In this document: piece after piece, positions 31,801 through 44,632 of the stretch | Layout of the letters: each line of letters opens with the position of its first letter | Position numbering within the stretch: position 1 is the stretch's first letter | NCBI GenBank assembly: GCA_963806535.1 | Contig: CAWDYC010000004.1 | Location: forward strand, 512,001-576,000 | DNA: 64,000 nucleotides | Direction of reading: 5' to 3' | From: Candidatus Bathyarchaeota archaeon | Lineage (GTDB): Archaea > Thermoproteota > Bathyarchaeia > Bathyarchaeales > Bathycorpusculaceae | The notes under the pieces: generated by a model | What the model saw: the letters and a program-made list of their open reading frames with translations, nothing else | The model's database searches: none | What the model was told of the DNA's origin: nothing | Program-made: the position numbers and the translations under genes

Positions 31801-33330
31801 CGCCTCATCGGGGCTTCCAACTTCAATCGCGATGCCATTAATGGCATTAGTAAGCTCGTGTAAAGAACGCTTCCAGAAGATTTTTTTCTTCTTCTATGCA
31901 TTCTTTCTGTTCCTTAGGCAAGACGTTAACAATTTTTGAAATAGTAATCGATTTTCCATGATATCTTGTGCAGCTTACTCTGGCGCTAATCATGGAAATA
32001 ATGTTTAACAGGTAATCCCATTGAATATGAAAATACACGCGAACCATGCCGTCAGGTCTGAAAGAAAGCGACGTATCCACACCTTCCTGAGGGCTATCCT
32101 CAGGCAAAGTTCCGTACCCAGTGCCCGTAAGCCAAGGCATCCATCTAACATTATTGGAAAATTTGCTGTTAGGACGTATTGTGGCAAGCATAAATTGAGC
32201 TCTTTGAATTAATCTGTCAAGCTTGCCACCAATTACGGGGTCAGAAGATAGTAACTGGACCTTCTGTTGGTCTAAAGCTGGGATTTCCTTAAAGTTGTAG
32301 GGCGTTAATTCTTCAGGTTTAGGCACTGCTTTTAATCGTGCAAGATCTTCCAGCCGAAAAATTCCTTGTTGACTTAGAGCCTTTTGCTCGCCTCTTGTCA
32401 AGTTAAGCAGCGCAACACTTTCACTTTCAACAGCGCAGACGACACAGCACTCGTTATAGCCGCAGTTGTCACAGCGCCATGAAAGCTGATACTCCACTTC
32501 TTTTAGCGGTTTTTTGTGAATTCGATATAGTTCGCCGTTTGCGCTTAGCAGTCTTTGGATATCTTGGATTAAAGGTTCAAGTCTAAACGATGGAAGCTCT
32601 TGGGGTTCAAGTTTTTCTAAGTCTGATTCTTTGTTAATCACGCCGCCTTCAAACTCTATTTTAGACGCAAGTTTTCCTAACGCTTCAGATAAGCAGTAAT
32701 ACATAAGTGGCGACTTGCATGCGGTGGGCTGTCTGCTCTCTCCAAGAGGATTTTATTTCAAAAATGCGAACTTTAACTTTGCCGTCCCTGTTTGGCCAGA
32801 TTCCAATTAGGTCGGCTATGCCTTTAATTTCCCATAAACCAATTTGCCCCATCATGGGTGCTTGATAAACCAAAACAGGTTTGTACTCTGACTCTGAGCT
32901 TGCGGAAAGTGCGTTTTCAACTATTTGAGTTAATGCATGAAGCGATTGCGGCCAAGCCTCAGCCCATTTACCAACCTGCTTTTTTGGGTCATAACAGGTG
33001 AAATCCTGGTAATCAGCAACTTTAGTTTTTAGCTCTTGAACCGTTTTTTCTTCTAACTGTTTTCCCGCGTAAATAGCAAGGGGCTCAGTGGCTTATGAAA
33101 TGCTTCAGGCCATTTCCTATGTTTTTCTTCAGAATCTTCAAAACGAAGTTTGAAGTATCGCGGGCAACAGTCAAAGCGAATGTATTCTGCTATTCCTGAT
33201 GCGTCAAGCGAAGGTAACTTTTCAGTGGACTGATCATGCGAGGCTGTGCTTTTTGGTTTAAGACGTTTAATTCCTTCTGAGTATGTTGGACCAATTTTTG
33301 TGAACCTGAATCGTCAGTTTCCCCGTCCAA
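28898..33330 (-). CDS. large Cas4/RecB-like PD-(D/E)XK nuclease fused to Upf1/Dna2-like SF1 helicase (multiple frameshifts)
   Basis: N-terminal IAEYIRFDCCPR, GIADLI...FEIKSS...HRMQVATY, CDNCGYNECC; C-terminal QGPPGTGKT, VDEASM, GDHRQLPP, TPHNAQ, DTVERYQGGE, RINVAISR. Confidence 0.85.
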
Positions 33331-33474
33331 TTTTAGCGCTCCTCTCTCCCGTGAACAAGTGTATGGTGCTTAAAAGTTATGCTTAGGTTTAAAACATTAT
33401 GTAAAATTCCTTATCGAATAGCGAAAATTAAATCTTGATCTACCTGAGGTAAAAAGATTAAACTGAGTCGTTTT

Positions 33475-33640
33475 TTATTGACGGTTTTTTGTGCAAGTTT
33501 TGTTCTTTGTGTTTTAAGCTGCTTTTTGGATTAGGGTTTGCTTCGTCTGCAGGTTGAGTCGGAAAAAGTCTAAAAAGGTCCAACACGATCCAAAAAGGGA
33601 CAAAAAAGGTCTGTTAAGGTCGCCGCTAAATCAAAAAGTT
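33475..33640 (-). repeat. dispersed element copy 3 (closest to copy 1)
   Basis: reverse complement reads AACTTTTTGATTTAGCGGC GACCTTAACA GACCTTTTTT GTCCCTTTTTG GATCGTGTTG GACCTTTTTA GACTTTTTCC GACTCAACCTGCAGA ... AAAACACAAAGAACAAAACTTGCACAAAAAACCGTCAATAA. Confidence 0.9.
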
Positions 33641-33721
33641 ACCTTTCAAAAGTTCTTGCCCCCTTCAACCCACCTACCACTCAAGTCCTAAAAGAACCCC
33701 CAAAACATTATAGTTCCGATT

Positions 33722-34912
33722 TTAGGAAATTGTTTGGTTCCAATAGTAAACTTTAGCGTAATTATTCAAGGGTCGGTCCGATTATTTCAGGTTCATCATA
33801 AATAATGTTTAGGTTGCTGTAATACTTGGCGAGCAAGGTGTGAATGTCAAGAGAAATTTTCTGCGTTAAGTTGTCAGGTGGGAACAAACCCCAAATAGAA
33901 TCAGTGGAACTGCGAAAACCATACCCATAATCTTTAGGAATAACATATGCGACAGTAGCCTTGTTTAGAGCAATCGAGCCTGGATTAGAGTGTATGACTT
34001 GCCAAAATTGCTGCAGCGCATCAAAATGGTCTTCGGTTAATGTGCCGTAGTTTGTGGTGTTATGTTTACCGGTAACTGAAAACCACAGCGTAAGTTGCTC
34101 CAGCACTATACGCTAATGTTAGGTCAGAATATAACTGAGTGCCATTTTCAAGGTACGGTGGGTTAGTCAGATGCCCATGTAACGATTACGCCCCAATCTT
34201 TGTGAAATGATTCAGCGGCGCCTCTGTCAAAAGAAATTATTTGCTGCCGATCCTGCATTGTATGTCTTGTTTCATTTCCCACGAACTCAGCAAAAACGGT
34301 AGAGTAATTTGATTTGTAATCAAACCAGTATAGGCCATAATCTGAAGTGAATATTCTGGGGGCTCCGCTGTGGCTGAAGTAATAGTTGATTATAGCCGAG
34401 AGGTTGCCAACATAGCTGTCAGCCACTTCAGTGTAACCTCCGGCGGTGCTGCTGATTAGCCTGGATGGTCCATTGTCTAGTTGGTTTCCGCCAGGTTCAT
34501 CAAACCTGTAGATGCCAAAAAACTGGCTACCATACTTGAGGGTTGCGTTGCCAATCCAATCAAAAACATTGTTGTTTGGTGGGTAACCGTTAGATTCATT
34601 GTACATTGGAAAGCTAGTGATTAAAACGATAAAGTTTAGTTTTGAATTGTAGAGATAGTCACATGACAGGTCGAGGGCTGTTCTGTTAAATGTTAAGCTT
34701 GGAGTGCCTATGACAAAAAAGTTTGTGTAATCCTTAACTTTATCAACCAAAGCCTTGACTTCACTAAATTGGTTACCGTAAGCGTATTCAACGCCCACAT
34801 AAAAGGGTCTGGCCACAGTTTGTTTGCTTGGCTTGTTGAAGGTTAAGAAAAGCGAAACAGAAATCAATGCAATAAGCAACACTGCGGCAAGTATGACGTA
34901 TTTGCGGTTCAA
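33722..34912 (-). CDS. secreted/membrane-anchored hypothetical protein, possibly glycoside-hydrolase-like barrel (frameshifted)
   Basis: N-terminal TM; GIYRFDEPGG, FTSDYGLYWFDY, WGVIVTW and YGYGFR...DSIWGL blocks across two ORFs. Confidence 0.6.
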
Positions 34913-35058
34913 ATATGGTCAACCAATCGCTAAATAATCAATAAATAATACTAATTTCTTTTTCCATTAATATGATTCTTTTAATGATAACAAGCAGAGA
35001 AAGTAGGCTGGGAAGGCAACTACGTTAACTTTAGGGATAGTAAAATGAAAATTTGGTA

Positions 35059-35325
35059 TTAGTTTTTATTGACTGTAACTTTTATTAAAGGTGGGATATT
35101 GAAGAATTTTAGAATTTCAGTACCGCGCCTAGTGATGGCGTAAGTCACAATAGAGTTGCTATCTTTTTCTCTAATCAACCTTTGATCGACAAGGAAGTTC
35201 ATGCGTTCCGTCAAAGAGGAGGGATTAACTTTCAAGGAGGATGACAGGTCCTGGATATTCGAGGGACCACACTTCATCAACGTTTTAGCAATGTCAATGT
35301 ACAGCTTTAGTGTACTAGGCGGCAT
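35059..35325 (-). CDS. small winged-helix protein
   Basis: LYIDI...MNFLVDQRLI...YAITRRGTEILKFF. Confidence 0.72.
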   Translation of the reverse strand: MPPSTLKLYIDIAKTLMKCGPSNIQDLSSSLKVNPSSLTERMNFLVDQRLIREKDSNSIVTYAITRRGTEILKFFNIPPLIKVTVNKN

Positions 35326-35534
35326 AGCGCTGAAACCTTTCTTAATATAAAAGTCTTAAGATTTATTTAAACCCTTGTTTGTGAATTTCGAGCATATTGC
35401 TATTTTTTGTAAAAACTGCATAAATCGGTTGTCATCTGTCAATTAAGAAGATTGAATGGTGGCTAATTATGATAGGGATAAGTGTGCGATCCTAAAGTTG
35501 ACTATAATAAAATGCTTGTAATGTTTTATTTAAG

Positions 35535-35759
35535 CTAATTACCATTTCTATTGGCTATTGAAATCAGGACTTTTTGTGTTAACAATTCTTCAATTCGGCA
35601 ATGCTCAGCTTCTGATTTTTCCTTGTTAGTTTCGTCATTCCCATGTGTGGCTGCGTGTGCTTCGATACATCGCACCATTTCATTTAAATCTGGAATTACG
35701 AGTAGTCTGAAGCCGCATTCGCAAACAATCAGCGGCAGCTTTTGATCTTTTTCTTTCAT
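35535..35759 (-). CDS. small putative zinc-binding protein
   Basis: CECG-x16-HAATH (C2H2-like). Confidence 0.6.
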   Translation of the reverse strand: MKEKDQKLPLIVCECGFRLLVIPDLNEMVRCIEAHAATHGNDETNKEKSEAEHCRIEELLTQKVLISIANRNGN

Positions 35760-36108
35760 TTATTTGGAATACCTTACACCGCAAATAGAATATAGAAAAT
35801 TTATAAATCTATCTAACTCACTTAAACATTTCACGTGAGAAAAGTTTTGTTTACATACCTTCTGAACGCTTCCTTTATTCATGAGGTATCCTTGCGCGAT
35901 CGTATAAAAGAAGTGTATTGGAACAAAATCACCTGTCTAATACCTCTATGCATACACTCTTATTATTTTTGGATTTAGTTACTATCGGAAACTGAAATTC
36001 AACACAAGATTTTAGGGGTTCTTTAATCCTTAGTAGTCGTCTAAATGCGAACAATCATTTCGGAGAAACAAACTTTGCGAGTCAAAAATAGAGTATAAAA
36101 ATGTTATA

Positions 36109-36675
36109 CTATATTTTCTCTAAAACGCCTTCCCAAATATTCTTTTCTATTATATCTAGCTGCTTAGATAATCCTGCCTTTAGTATGTCTGAAAAGTTGG
36201 GAACCGGGCCTGCATATTTAATGATCTGGTTGCCTTTAATCGCGTCGACTTGGAGAATTTTTTCGTCTTCTTTATAGGTAAAAGAAATCGTTGAGGCTTG
36301 GAAGGCTAACATTTGGAAATCTTCCCAATGTTTACATTGTAAAATGACAGAAGGTAAATTGTAAACCAATGGTGCAGGTGTAGTTTGTATCGCTTCTACC
36401 ATTTGTTCTTTGTTTGAGTCGCGGACTGAGGGGTCTCTGGGTTTGCCACTTGATACAGTGTTGATCAAGTTTGAAACTTCTTTTTGTAAATTGTTTATTT
36501 TTTCCTCAATTTGCTCAACTTTATGTGCTAATTCGCCAGTTTTGCCAAATTGTTCAGCGACTATAGACAACTCATTGATTGTTTTATCTAGGTCTTTCTC
36601 GTGTTCTTTGAGCACATTCATTATGAAATCTAAGGCCTCTAATGAATCATTTTTTGGCTGATAATTATTTGACAA
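36109..36675 (-). CDS. coiled-coil hypothetical protein
   Basis: EALDFIMNVLKEHEKDLD coiled coil followed by a small alpha/beta domain. Confidence 0.65.
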   Translation of the reverse strand: MSNNYQPKNDSLEALDFIMNVLKEHEKDLDKTINELSIVAEQFGKTGELAHKVEQIEEKINNLQKEVSNLINTVSSGKPRDPSVRDSNKEQMVEAIQTTPAPLVYNLPSVILQCKHWEDFQMLAFQASTISFTYKEDEKILQVDAIKGNQIIKYAGPVPNFSDILKAGLSKQLDIIEKNIWEGVLEKI

Positions 36676-36846
36676 TTCTTCTTCCTACTATGTATAGAGT
36701 ATTAGCCTTCACTATTTGTTTATAGGGTTTGTTCTTAACTTTTATGTTAATTTGTTGGGTGTTCCCTAATAAAAAAAGACATTAATAGTGAAAGTTCTTA
36801 ACGTTTAAAAATAATTCAACTCAGCAGCAAACTTTGGTAGACAGGC

Positions 36847-37287
36847 TTACCGGCTATATAAACCTACTAATTCACCTTTAGCCAGAATATGGCTTTGCAT
36901 GGCTTTCTCAACATCTTTCTTTTTAGAGTTGATGCCTAAATTGAGTTCTGCATCCAAAGCATAAACTTTGAAGAAATATCTGTGAGTGCCTCCAGGCGGG
37001 CAAGGACCCATATAACCCAATTGTCTTGCACCGTTCAATCCTTCTTTACCAGGAACCGTGTTCTCACCTATCATACTGGTTGAAGCCGGTATATTCCACA
37101 CAATCCAATGGTCAAAAGTGCCGTTTGGAGCATCAGGGTCATCGACAATTAAAACAAGAGTCTTAGCCTCTTTACTGATGCCTTCAATGGCTAAGGGTGG
37201 GTTGACGTCATTACCGTCGCAACTGTATTTTTTTGGTATCGGTTTGTTTGATTCAAACGCCGTGCTTTTTACAATTAATTCATGCAT
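36847..37287 (-). CDS. YbhB/YbcL (PEBP/Raf kinase inhibitor-like) protein
   Basis: DDPDAP, HWIVWNIP, YMGPCPP.GTHRYFFKVYALD. Confidence 0.93.
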   Translation of the reverse strand: MHELIVKSTAFESNKPIPKKYSCDGNDVNPPLAIEGISKEAKTLVLIVDDPDAPNGTFDHWIVWNIPASTSMIGENTVPGKEGLNGARQLGYMGPCPPGGTHRYFFKVYALDAELNLGINSKKKDVEKAMQSHILAKGELVGLYSR

Positions 37288-37341
37288 AAAACATCACTGA
37301 AAAAACAATGTTTGACGAGTTAAATAAGAGTTCCCGAGCAA

Positions 37342-39022
37342 TTAATTCTCGGCTTTTCGCAAAAATTCATTCGCACTACCTACGTTGATTCTATAGAAGA
37401 TGGCTGTGATTACTATCGAAATTGCAGCACTTATTGCAACCCCGAGAATGTAGTTTAGAGTACTGACGGAAGTTCCAAAGTATAACGCTAAAGCGAATTG
37501 CACAAATACGGGTGCAAAAACAGCTGCTCCAGTGATAACTCCCACGACAGAACCTAATAATGACCATTCCTGACGAATCATCCTTGCTCTTCGTGTTCCT
37601 GAAAAGTCGGGGCCTCTAAAACCGATTTGAAGCGAAACTGACGCGACAGCGATAGTCATTAGGAACGCCTCAATCATGGCTATGATTGTTTTTCGTAGGG
37701 TCGGATGAAAAACTATTACGCCTATGAATCCGGTTGCTAATAAAATAATGACTGAGAAAATGATGATTAAGAAAAATTTGCTTTTAACCAAGTTTTTGGC
37801 TGAAATTGGTGAAGCATAAATTCGCCAGACTGCTTGTCCTTCTTCACCTATCAAAACTTGTCCTAACAGCATTGCCATTCCGTTTGCAGGCACCAGAAAA
37901 ATGACTCCAAACCAAAGTAAAATACTTGAGATCGGTGAATTACCATTAGTTACTCCAAACGAATAGAAAATTGAAAGTATAACTATGATAATTGGCATAA
38001 AGTAGACGCCTAATAACTCTCGACGCCTAGTAAATGCCCTTAAATCCTTTCGAATTATGGCTGCTTCAACACTGGAAAAGCCGAGTTTACCTAGAATCCC
38101 AGTTTTCGGTGCGTAAACGCCGCTTTTCTGCAATCGTTATTGCTGGCGGCTCATAGAGTCCAAACCGCTTGTTTAATTCTACAGCAAGGTAGTACAAGCC
38201 TGCAATGAGAAAGAGCAGATAAGGCTACGAACAGGAGGCTTTGTAAAAACAAGCCTTTGGCAATATATGAAATTATTAGGGCTAACCAAACAAAAGGCAC
38301 GTACCAAGCTGCATTCTGGGCAGCAGTTAAGCTTGCAATGAAAGCGCTGGTTCCAGAAATTGCGTAAAAATAGATTATGTAGAATATTATGATGACCAGT
38401 AATGAGCCTATGAGTCGTACCCATATGGCTGCTCTTCCGCTTGATTTGTAGACGGCGCCTGTAAAACGTACTTGTAAAACTCTTACGATTTCTGTTATTG
38501 AACTAGCCAAGAAAGCTGCTGCAAACATAATGACTATAGTTAATAGTGCTTGGAGAATTAACCCGTTAAACACTGAAAAGACAATCAGTCCAGAGCTTAA
38601 TCCTACAACTACTGCAGCTGGCCAACCCAAGCAGGTTAGCTAAGATCGACGCTAAAGTGTGCTCCTGCCATGTTACTGGTAGCCAATACATCACTTGACT
38701 TGATGCCTTTCCAGCCAACTGAATTTGCTGAAACAACGTGAATACTATGCTGATACCTAAAACAAGAGTTGGCAGTACAGAGAAGAAACTAAAAGCTACA
38801 ACACTTAAAGGCTGTAATCCAAGTGGTGTTCCGCTTGAATAAACAAGAGATGCAATATAATTTGCGAATAAGACCGCCCAGCACACCAATTATTGCTGCT
38901 ACCCAGTAAGGCCAATATGCTAAGAAACTGTTTTCCTTGTACCTTGTGACTTTTATTCCTCTAATTAGCCTGCCAGACTTGCGTTCAACCTGAAGCAAGT
39001 AGAGGACGTTTTTCCAATTCAT
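37342..39022 (-). CDS. ABC exporter permease (frameshifted)
   Basis: multi-TM fragments; AIIRKDLR..RR and EEGQAVW...SPIS...KSK; translationally coupled to the upstream ATPase. Confidence 0.75.
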
Positions 39023-39794
39023 TTTATGAGTTCCTCAACAACTGCTCTCAAATCTTCAGTACCAGTCAACTTGAGGAAAACATCTTCTAACCCTGAACCT
39101 GGCAGGCTGGCTGTTTTTCTTAATTCATCCATGTTGCCGAGCGCCAACAGGTTGCCTTGATACATAATGCCTATGCGGTCGCAGATGGCCTCTGCTATTT
39201 CAAGCACATGAGTGGACATTATTGTTGTGACACCTTGATTTTTCAGTTCATGCAGAAAATCCTTAACTATCCTTGCGGAACGGGGGTCTAATGCGTTAAG
39301 GGGCTCATCAAGGATCAAAAACTTGGGTTTATGAATAAAAGCTGAGATTAAGACTGATTTTCTTTTTCATGCCGTCTGAGTAACTGTTTATCATGTCGCC
39401 TTCTCGTCCTTCAAGCTGCAGAGCTTTTAGGTACTCGGTTATCCGCTGCTGCTTCTCAGCCGTTGGCACACCGTAAATGTCAGCTATAAAATCTAGGTAT
39501 TCGATTCCGGTTAAAAACTCGTAAATGTTGGGTGATTCCGGAACATAACCGACTAGCTGTTTAACTTCCACTGGCTGTTTTTTGGACGTCTAATCCTAAA
39601 ACCGTTACTGATCCAGCGGTGGGCTGAACTAAACCCATTAGCATTTTGAGGGTGGTTGATTTTCCTGAGCCGTTTGGTCCTAAAAGACCGAAGATTTCGC
39701 CTGTTTCTATCGTTAAATTCAAGTTGTTTACAGCTACTATTTCGTTGTAGCGTTTTGTTACATCTTTTAGTTCAACAGCATGGGAATTGTACAT
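39019..39794 (-). CDS. ABC transporter ATP-binding protein (frameshifted)
   Basis: [24 protein letters not shown]. Confidence 0.9.
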
Positions 39795-39929
39795 GTTTAA
39801 TCAGCGCCTCTCTTGCAGAATAGAAAAGCTTCGGTATTTAAGGCTAATGCGTATTTTGCCGTTTAAGAAGTGTTCTTTACTTAAAATGATGTTAGAAATA
39901 AAAAGAAAAAAGTTTGGTTTTCAAAATTT

Positions 39930-40367
39930 CTACTTAAAATTTAATTCAAAACTTATTGGAACAGCTTCGCCCCAAGACTGCCTAATCGGACAAATCTTCT
40001 GCGCCATGCCATAAACAGTATTAGCTTTTTTGCGTTCCCGTTCGTTATCGGTTTCCAAGCCGACGTTCATCATGAAATGCACGTTTGTGAAGATTAGTTT
40101 CTCCATGCCTTCAATATTCATTGTTACATTTGCTTTTGTTTCAAGTTTTTTGAGTCCGAGTTGGCTGTTTTTAGCGATTAGCAGAAACAGTGTGTTTATG
40201 CATGAGGCTAAGGCAGCGGCAAAAATGTCTTCAGGTACACAGTAGCCTTCTTTTCCTCCAAACATCGGGGGTGGACTAACTGTTACGAGTTCTTTGCCTT
40301 TAACTGAGAGTGAACATTCTGTTCCGCCTTTCCAAGTTGCTATTCCTTCAAAATTCATTTCTGGCAT
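39930..40367 (-). CDS. OsmC/Ohr-family protein
   Basis: start MPEMNF behind a GGTGA RBS; PP.FGG, PEDIFAAALASC and KICPI two-Cys motifs. Confidence 0.82.
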   Translation of the reverse strand: MPEMNFEGIATWKGGTECSLSVKGKELVTVSPPPMFGGKEGYCVPEDIFAAALASCINTLFLLIAKNSQLGLKKLETKANVTMNIEGMEKLIFTNVHFMMNVGLETDNERERKKANTVYGMAQKICPIRQSWGEAVPISFELNFK

Positions 40368-40485
40368 AAAATCACCATTTATCATTAGTAAAATAGAAAT
40401 TTTAATGTTACGGAACAATTGACGAAACATAAATAAATCCTTAAATCCCCTTGCCTTCCAATAGCTGAAAGAGAAATCCTGAAAA

Positions 40486-41477
40486 ATGACCCATGTCATT
40501 GAAACTCATCAACTAACAAAGACATATGGTTCCCTTAAAGCAGTTGACAAATTAGATATCACTGTGGAATCGGGCGAAATTTTTGGGTTACTTGGACCTA
40601 ACGGCGCAGGCAAAACCACAGCCATATCGATGCTTTGCACAATTCTTAAGCCAACTTCTGGATCTGCCACAGTCAACGGCTTTGACATTGTAAAAGAAGC
40701 CAACAAAGTGCGCAAGTCAATCGGGATTGTTTTTCAAGAACCCAGCATCGACGACAGGTTAACTGGCAGAGAAAACCTCTACATGCACGCTAACCTCTAT
40801 GGGGTTCCAGCGTCCGAGCAGAAAGAACGCATAAAAGACATTCTTGGAACTTGTCGAGTTAGATGATAGAGCAGACGATTTAATGCGCACATACTCAGGC
40901 GGCATGAGACGTCGACTTGGAGCTTGGACGTGGCTTAATTCATTACCCCAAAGTGCTGTTTTTGGATGAGCCAACTGTCGGGCTTGACCCGCAGACAAGA
41001 GATCACATTTGGAAGTACATTCGCGAATTAAAAAAAGCCCATGACATCACAGTGGTTTTAACCACTCATTACATGGATGAGGCAGACAGGCTTTCAGACC
41101 GCATAGCCATCATGGATCACGGCAAAATCGTAATTTTAGATTCCCCTCCCAAACTTAAAGAGACACTTGAAGGCGACGTTGTAGTGGTTAGAGCAAACAA
41201 CGTGGATGCCCTCTCAGAGCTTGTAACAAAATGGTTAGGGTTCGACAAAAAACAAATCGTTGACGGCGCACTTGAAATCACCGTTCGCAACGGAAAAGCA
41301 GTCATGCCCAGAATTATGGAGTTAGCAACCCAAAACAACATTTACGTTGAATCTTTTGTTTTGCGTGAGCCTAACCTTGAAGATGTTTTCTTGCATTACA
41401 CTGGGCGATCAATCCGTGAAGATTCAAGCAAGGAACTGCATGGAGTAGCAGCCGCTCGCAGGAGGGAAATAAGATGA
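40486..41477 (+). CDS. DrrA-like ABC-2 ATP-binding protein (one frameshift)
   Basis: GPNGAGKTT, YSGGMRRR, LFLDEPTVGLDPQTR, TTHYMDEA, PNLEDVFL. Confidence 0.9.
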
Positions 41478-42245
41478 GCTGAAATCAGAGGATTCTACAC
41501 TCTTTGGCTAAGAGAAATCAAACGGTTCCTGCGAGACAGAACACGGCTTGTAACCAGCTTCATTCAACCCTTGCTGTGGCTTGTCATTTTCGCCGCTGCC
41601 TTCGCCACACGTTTCACGTTGCCTTCAAACCTAAACTATCAACAGGTTTTTCTGCCAGGCATAATCGGTCAAACACTGCTTTTCACAGCCATGTTCATGG
41701 GCATAAACGTCATTTGGGACAAAGAATTCGGCTTCATGAAAGAAATCTTGGTTTCGCCAGTTTCCCGATTAACAATTTTTCTCGGCAAAATGGTTGGCGA
41801 CAGCACCGACGCTCTTCTGCAGGGCATAATAGTTTTCGCAATCGGCTTAGCTCTCGGTATCCCAATTAACCCAATAACTTTCCTATATGCGCTGCCAATA
41901 ATGCTGCTTATCACATTCGGCTTGGTAAGCATCGGATTGATAATTGCAAGCTTCATGGGCAACCTTGAAGGCTTCGGCGCCATCCAGACGTTCGTTAACC
42001 TGCCACTTTTCTTTCTAAGCGGCGCATTGTTTCTACTCAAAGGAAGCAGCCTTCCAACATGGTTAACCGACATCGCCGCATGGAACCCCTTAACCTACGG
42101 CGTTGACGCATTACGACATGTCACATTGGGGGCTGCATGGGTGCCTCTTCAGATTCAATCTTTATGGGTTGATCTTGGAGTTGTTGCTTTGTTTGACGGA
42201 ATCATGATTGTGGTTGGCACTTGGGCTTTCACCCGAATGAAATAA
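41474..42245 (+). CDS. ABC-2 type permease
   Basis: WLREIKRF, DKEFGFMKEILVSP, FLSGALF, NPLTYGVDALR. Confidence 0.9.
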
Positions 42246-42334
42246 AAAAATTAACTTTGAAAGAGTTAACTTGTCAGAACGCGCTATGCTTCTTGTTAAT
42301 GGTAGTAAAGTCAATCCGTTCTTTTTCGAGATTA

Positions 42335-43476
<1,142 letters not shown>

Positions 43477-43532
43477 TCATTTATTTCAAGTTATCTATAT
43501 TTGGCTTCCCCCATAAATTTGATGATGAAAAC

Positions 43533-43670
43533 TTATTGACATTTTTTATGCGGATTGTTGTTTGTGTTTTGGGTTGCTTTTTTGTTTTAGAGCTTAAATC
43601 TTTTGTAGGTTGAGTGAAAAAAGTGAAATTAAGTGAAGAAAAGTGACAAAAAGTGGTGGAAAGTTGCCGA
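43533..43670 (-). repeat. dispersed element copy 4
   Basis: plus strand AAGTGAAATT AAGTGAAGAA AAGTGACAAA AAGTGGTGGA; reverse complement runs into CACTCAACCTACAAAA ... AAAGCAACCCAAAACACAAACAACAA..GCATAAAAAATGTCAATAA. Confidence 0.88.
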
Positions 43671-44040
43671 CAAGGTGCCTACTATGCTGATATTTAAACG
43701 AGCTATAGTTTCGATATTATCCCGAAAATTCGTTATAAACGGAAGAGTATTGTCTTATCAGAAATAGAGTGATTCGCAAGAGGTTTACGTACGGGTGCCA
43801 GAAATTCAAGTCTTAGTTCGGAAAGTATCCGAAGAAGCATTTCCAAAAGCCTTTGATAACTCAAAATTTCGTGCTAATCAAGTTAAGACGGCAAAATTAG
43901 ACTAACTGAGAAATGTGACCCTTGGAGATTCAATTTTGCTTGGGAATTTTCCAAATAGCATTCGGCTAAATCATTACAACTACTTCAAGAAATTAATTAA
44001 TAGACTAAAACTCATTTACCTCGTAATGTAGCGGAAAACC

Positions 44041-44304
44041 TTACTCTTCGCATTTTGGGCCTTTGTGAGCTTTTAGCACAATAGAACTTACAGTGCTTCT
44101 TACACCATGTATTTTCATTATCTTATTTTTGAGGACTTCTCTAAACTCTTCTATGTCACTAGCTGAAACAAGGGAAATAATATCGAATTCTCCAGTCACC
44201 TCATAAAGCTCCTCAACATCTTCTATCGTAAAGAGTGCCTGTATAACCTCGTCCATAAGTTGCGACTCGACGAAAATATCAACAAATGCATGCATTTTAT
44301 GCAA
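44041..44304 (-). CDS. stand-alone Lrp/AsnC ligand-binding (RAM) domain protein, no HTH
   Basis: AFVDIFVE...VEELYEVTGEFDII...IMKIHGVRSTVSSIVL. Confidence 0.85.
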   Translation of the reverse strand: MHKMHAFVDIFVESQLMDEVIQALFTIEDVEELYEVTGEFDIISLVSASDIEEFREVLKNKIMKIHGVRSTVSSIVLKAHKGPKCEE

Positions 44305-44332
44305 TTAGATCACCTGAATTTTTGCTTTTCGA

Positions 44333-44632
44333 TTACTCCGATTGAATATTGCTGATCTGAGCATTGATACATTTGTGAGCTCTGAGTACGACGGAGACTA
44401 ATGTGCTTTTAACGCCTTTTATCTTCATAATTTTCTTATGCAAGACATTGCGGAACTCTTCCACGCTCGAAGCTGAAACAATCGAGACAATGTCAAATTC
44501 GCCTTTCACGTCATAAATTTCTTCGATGTTTTCGACTTTTTCGAGAGCATCTATAACTTGCGCCTTCTGAGACGGATCGACAAAAATGTTGACTGAGGCT
44601 TCGAAACGACCGTGACTATCGTTGTTCTCCAT
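44333..44632 (-). CDS. stand-alone Lrp/AsnC RAM domain protein
   Basis: ASVNIFVD...IEEIYDVKGEFDIV...IMKIKGVKST. Confidence 0.85.
   Translation of the reverse strand: MENNDSHGRFEASVNIFVDPSQKAQVIDALEKVENIEEIYDVKGEFDIVSIVSASSVEEFRNVLHKKIMKIKGVKSTLVSVVLRAHKCINAQISNIQSE

Noticed and set aside
43795-43905. 36-aa GTG ORF MPEIQVLVRKVSEEAF...
   Set aside because: No recognisable motif and only a weak RBS; cannot be supported.
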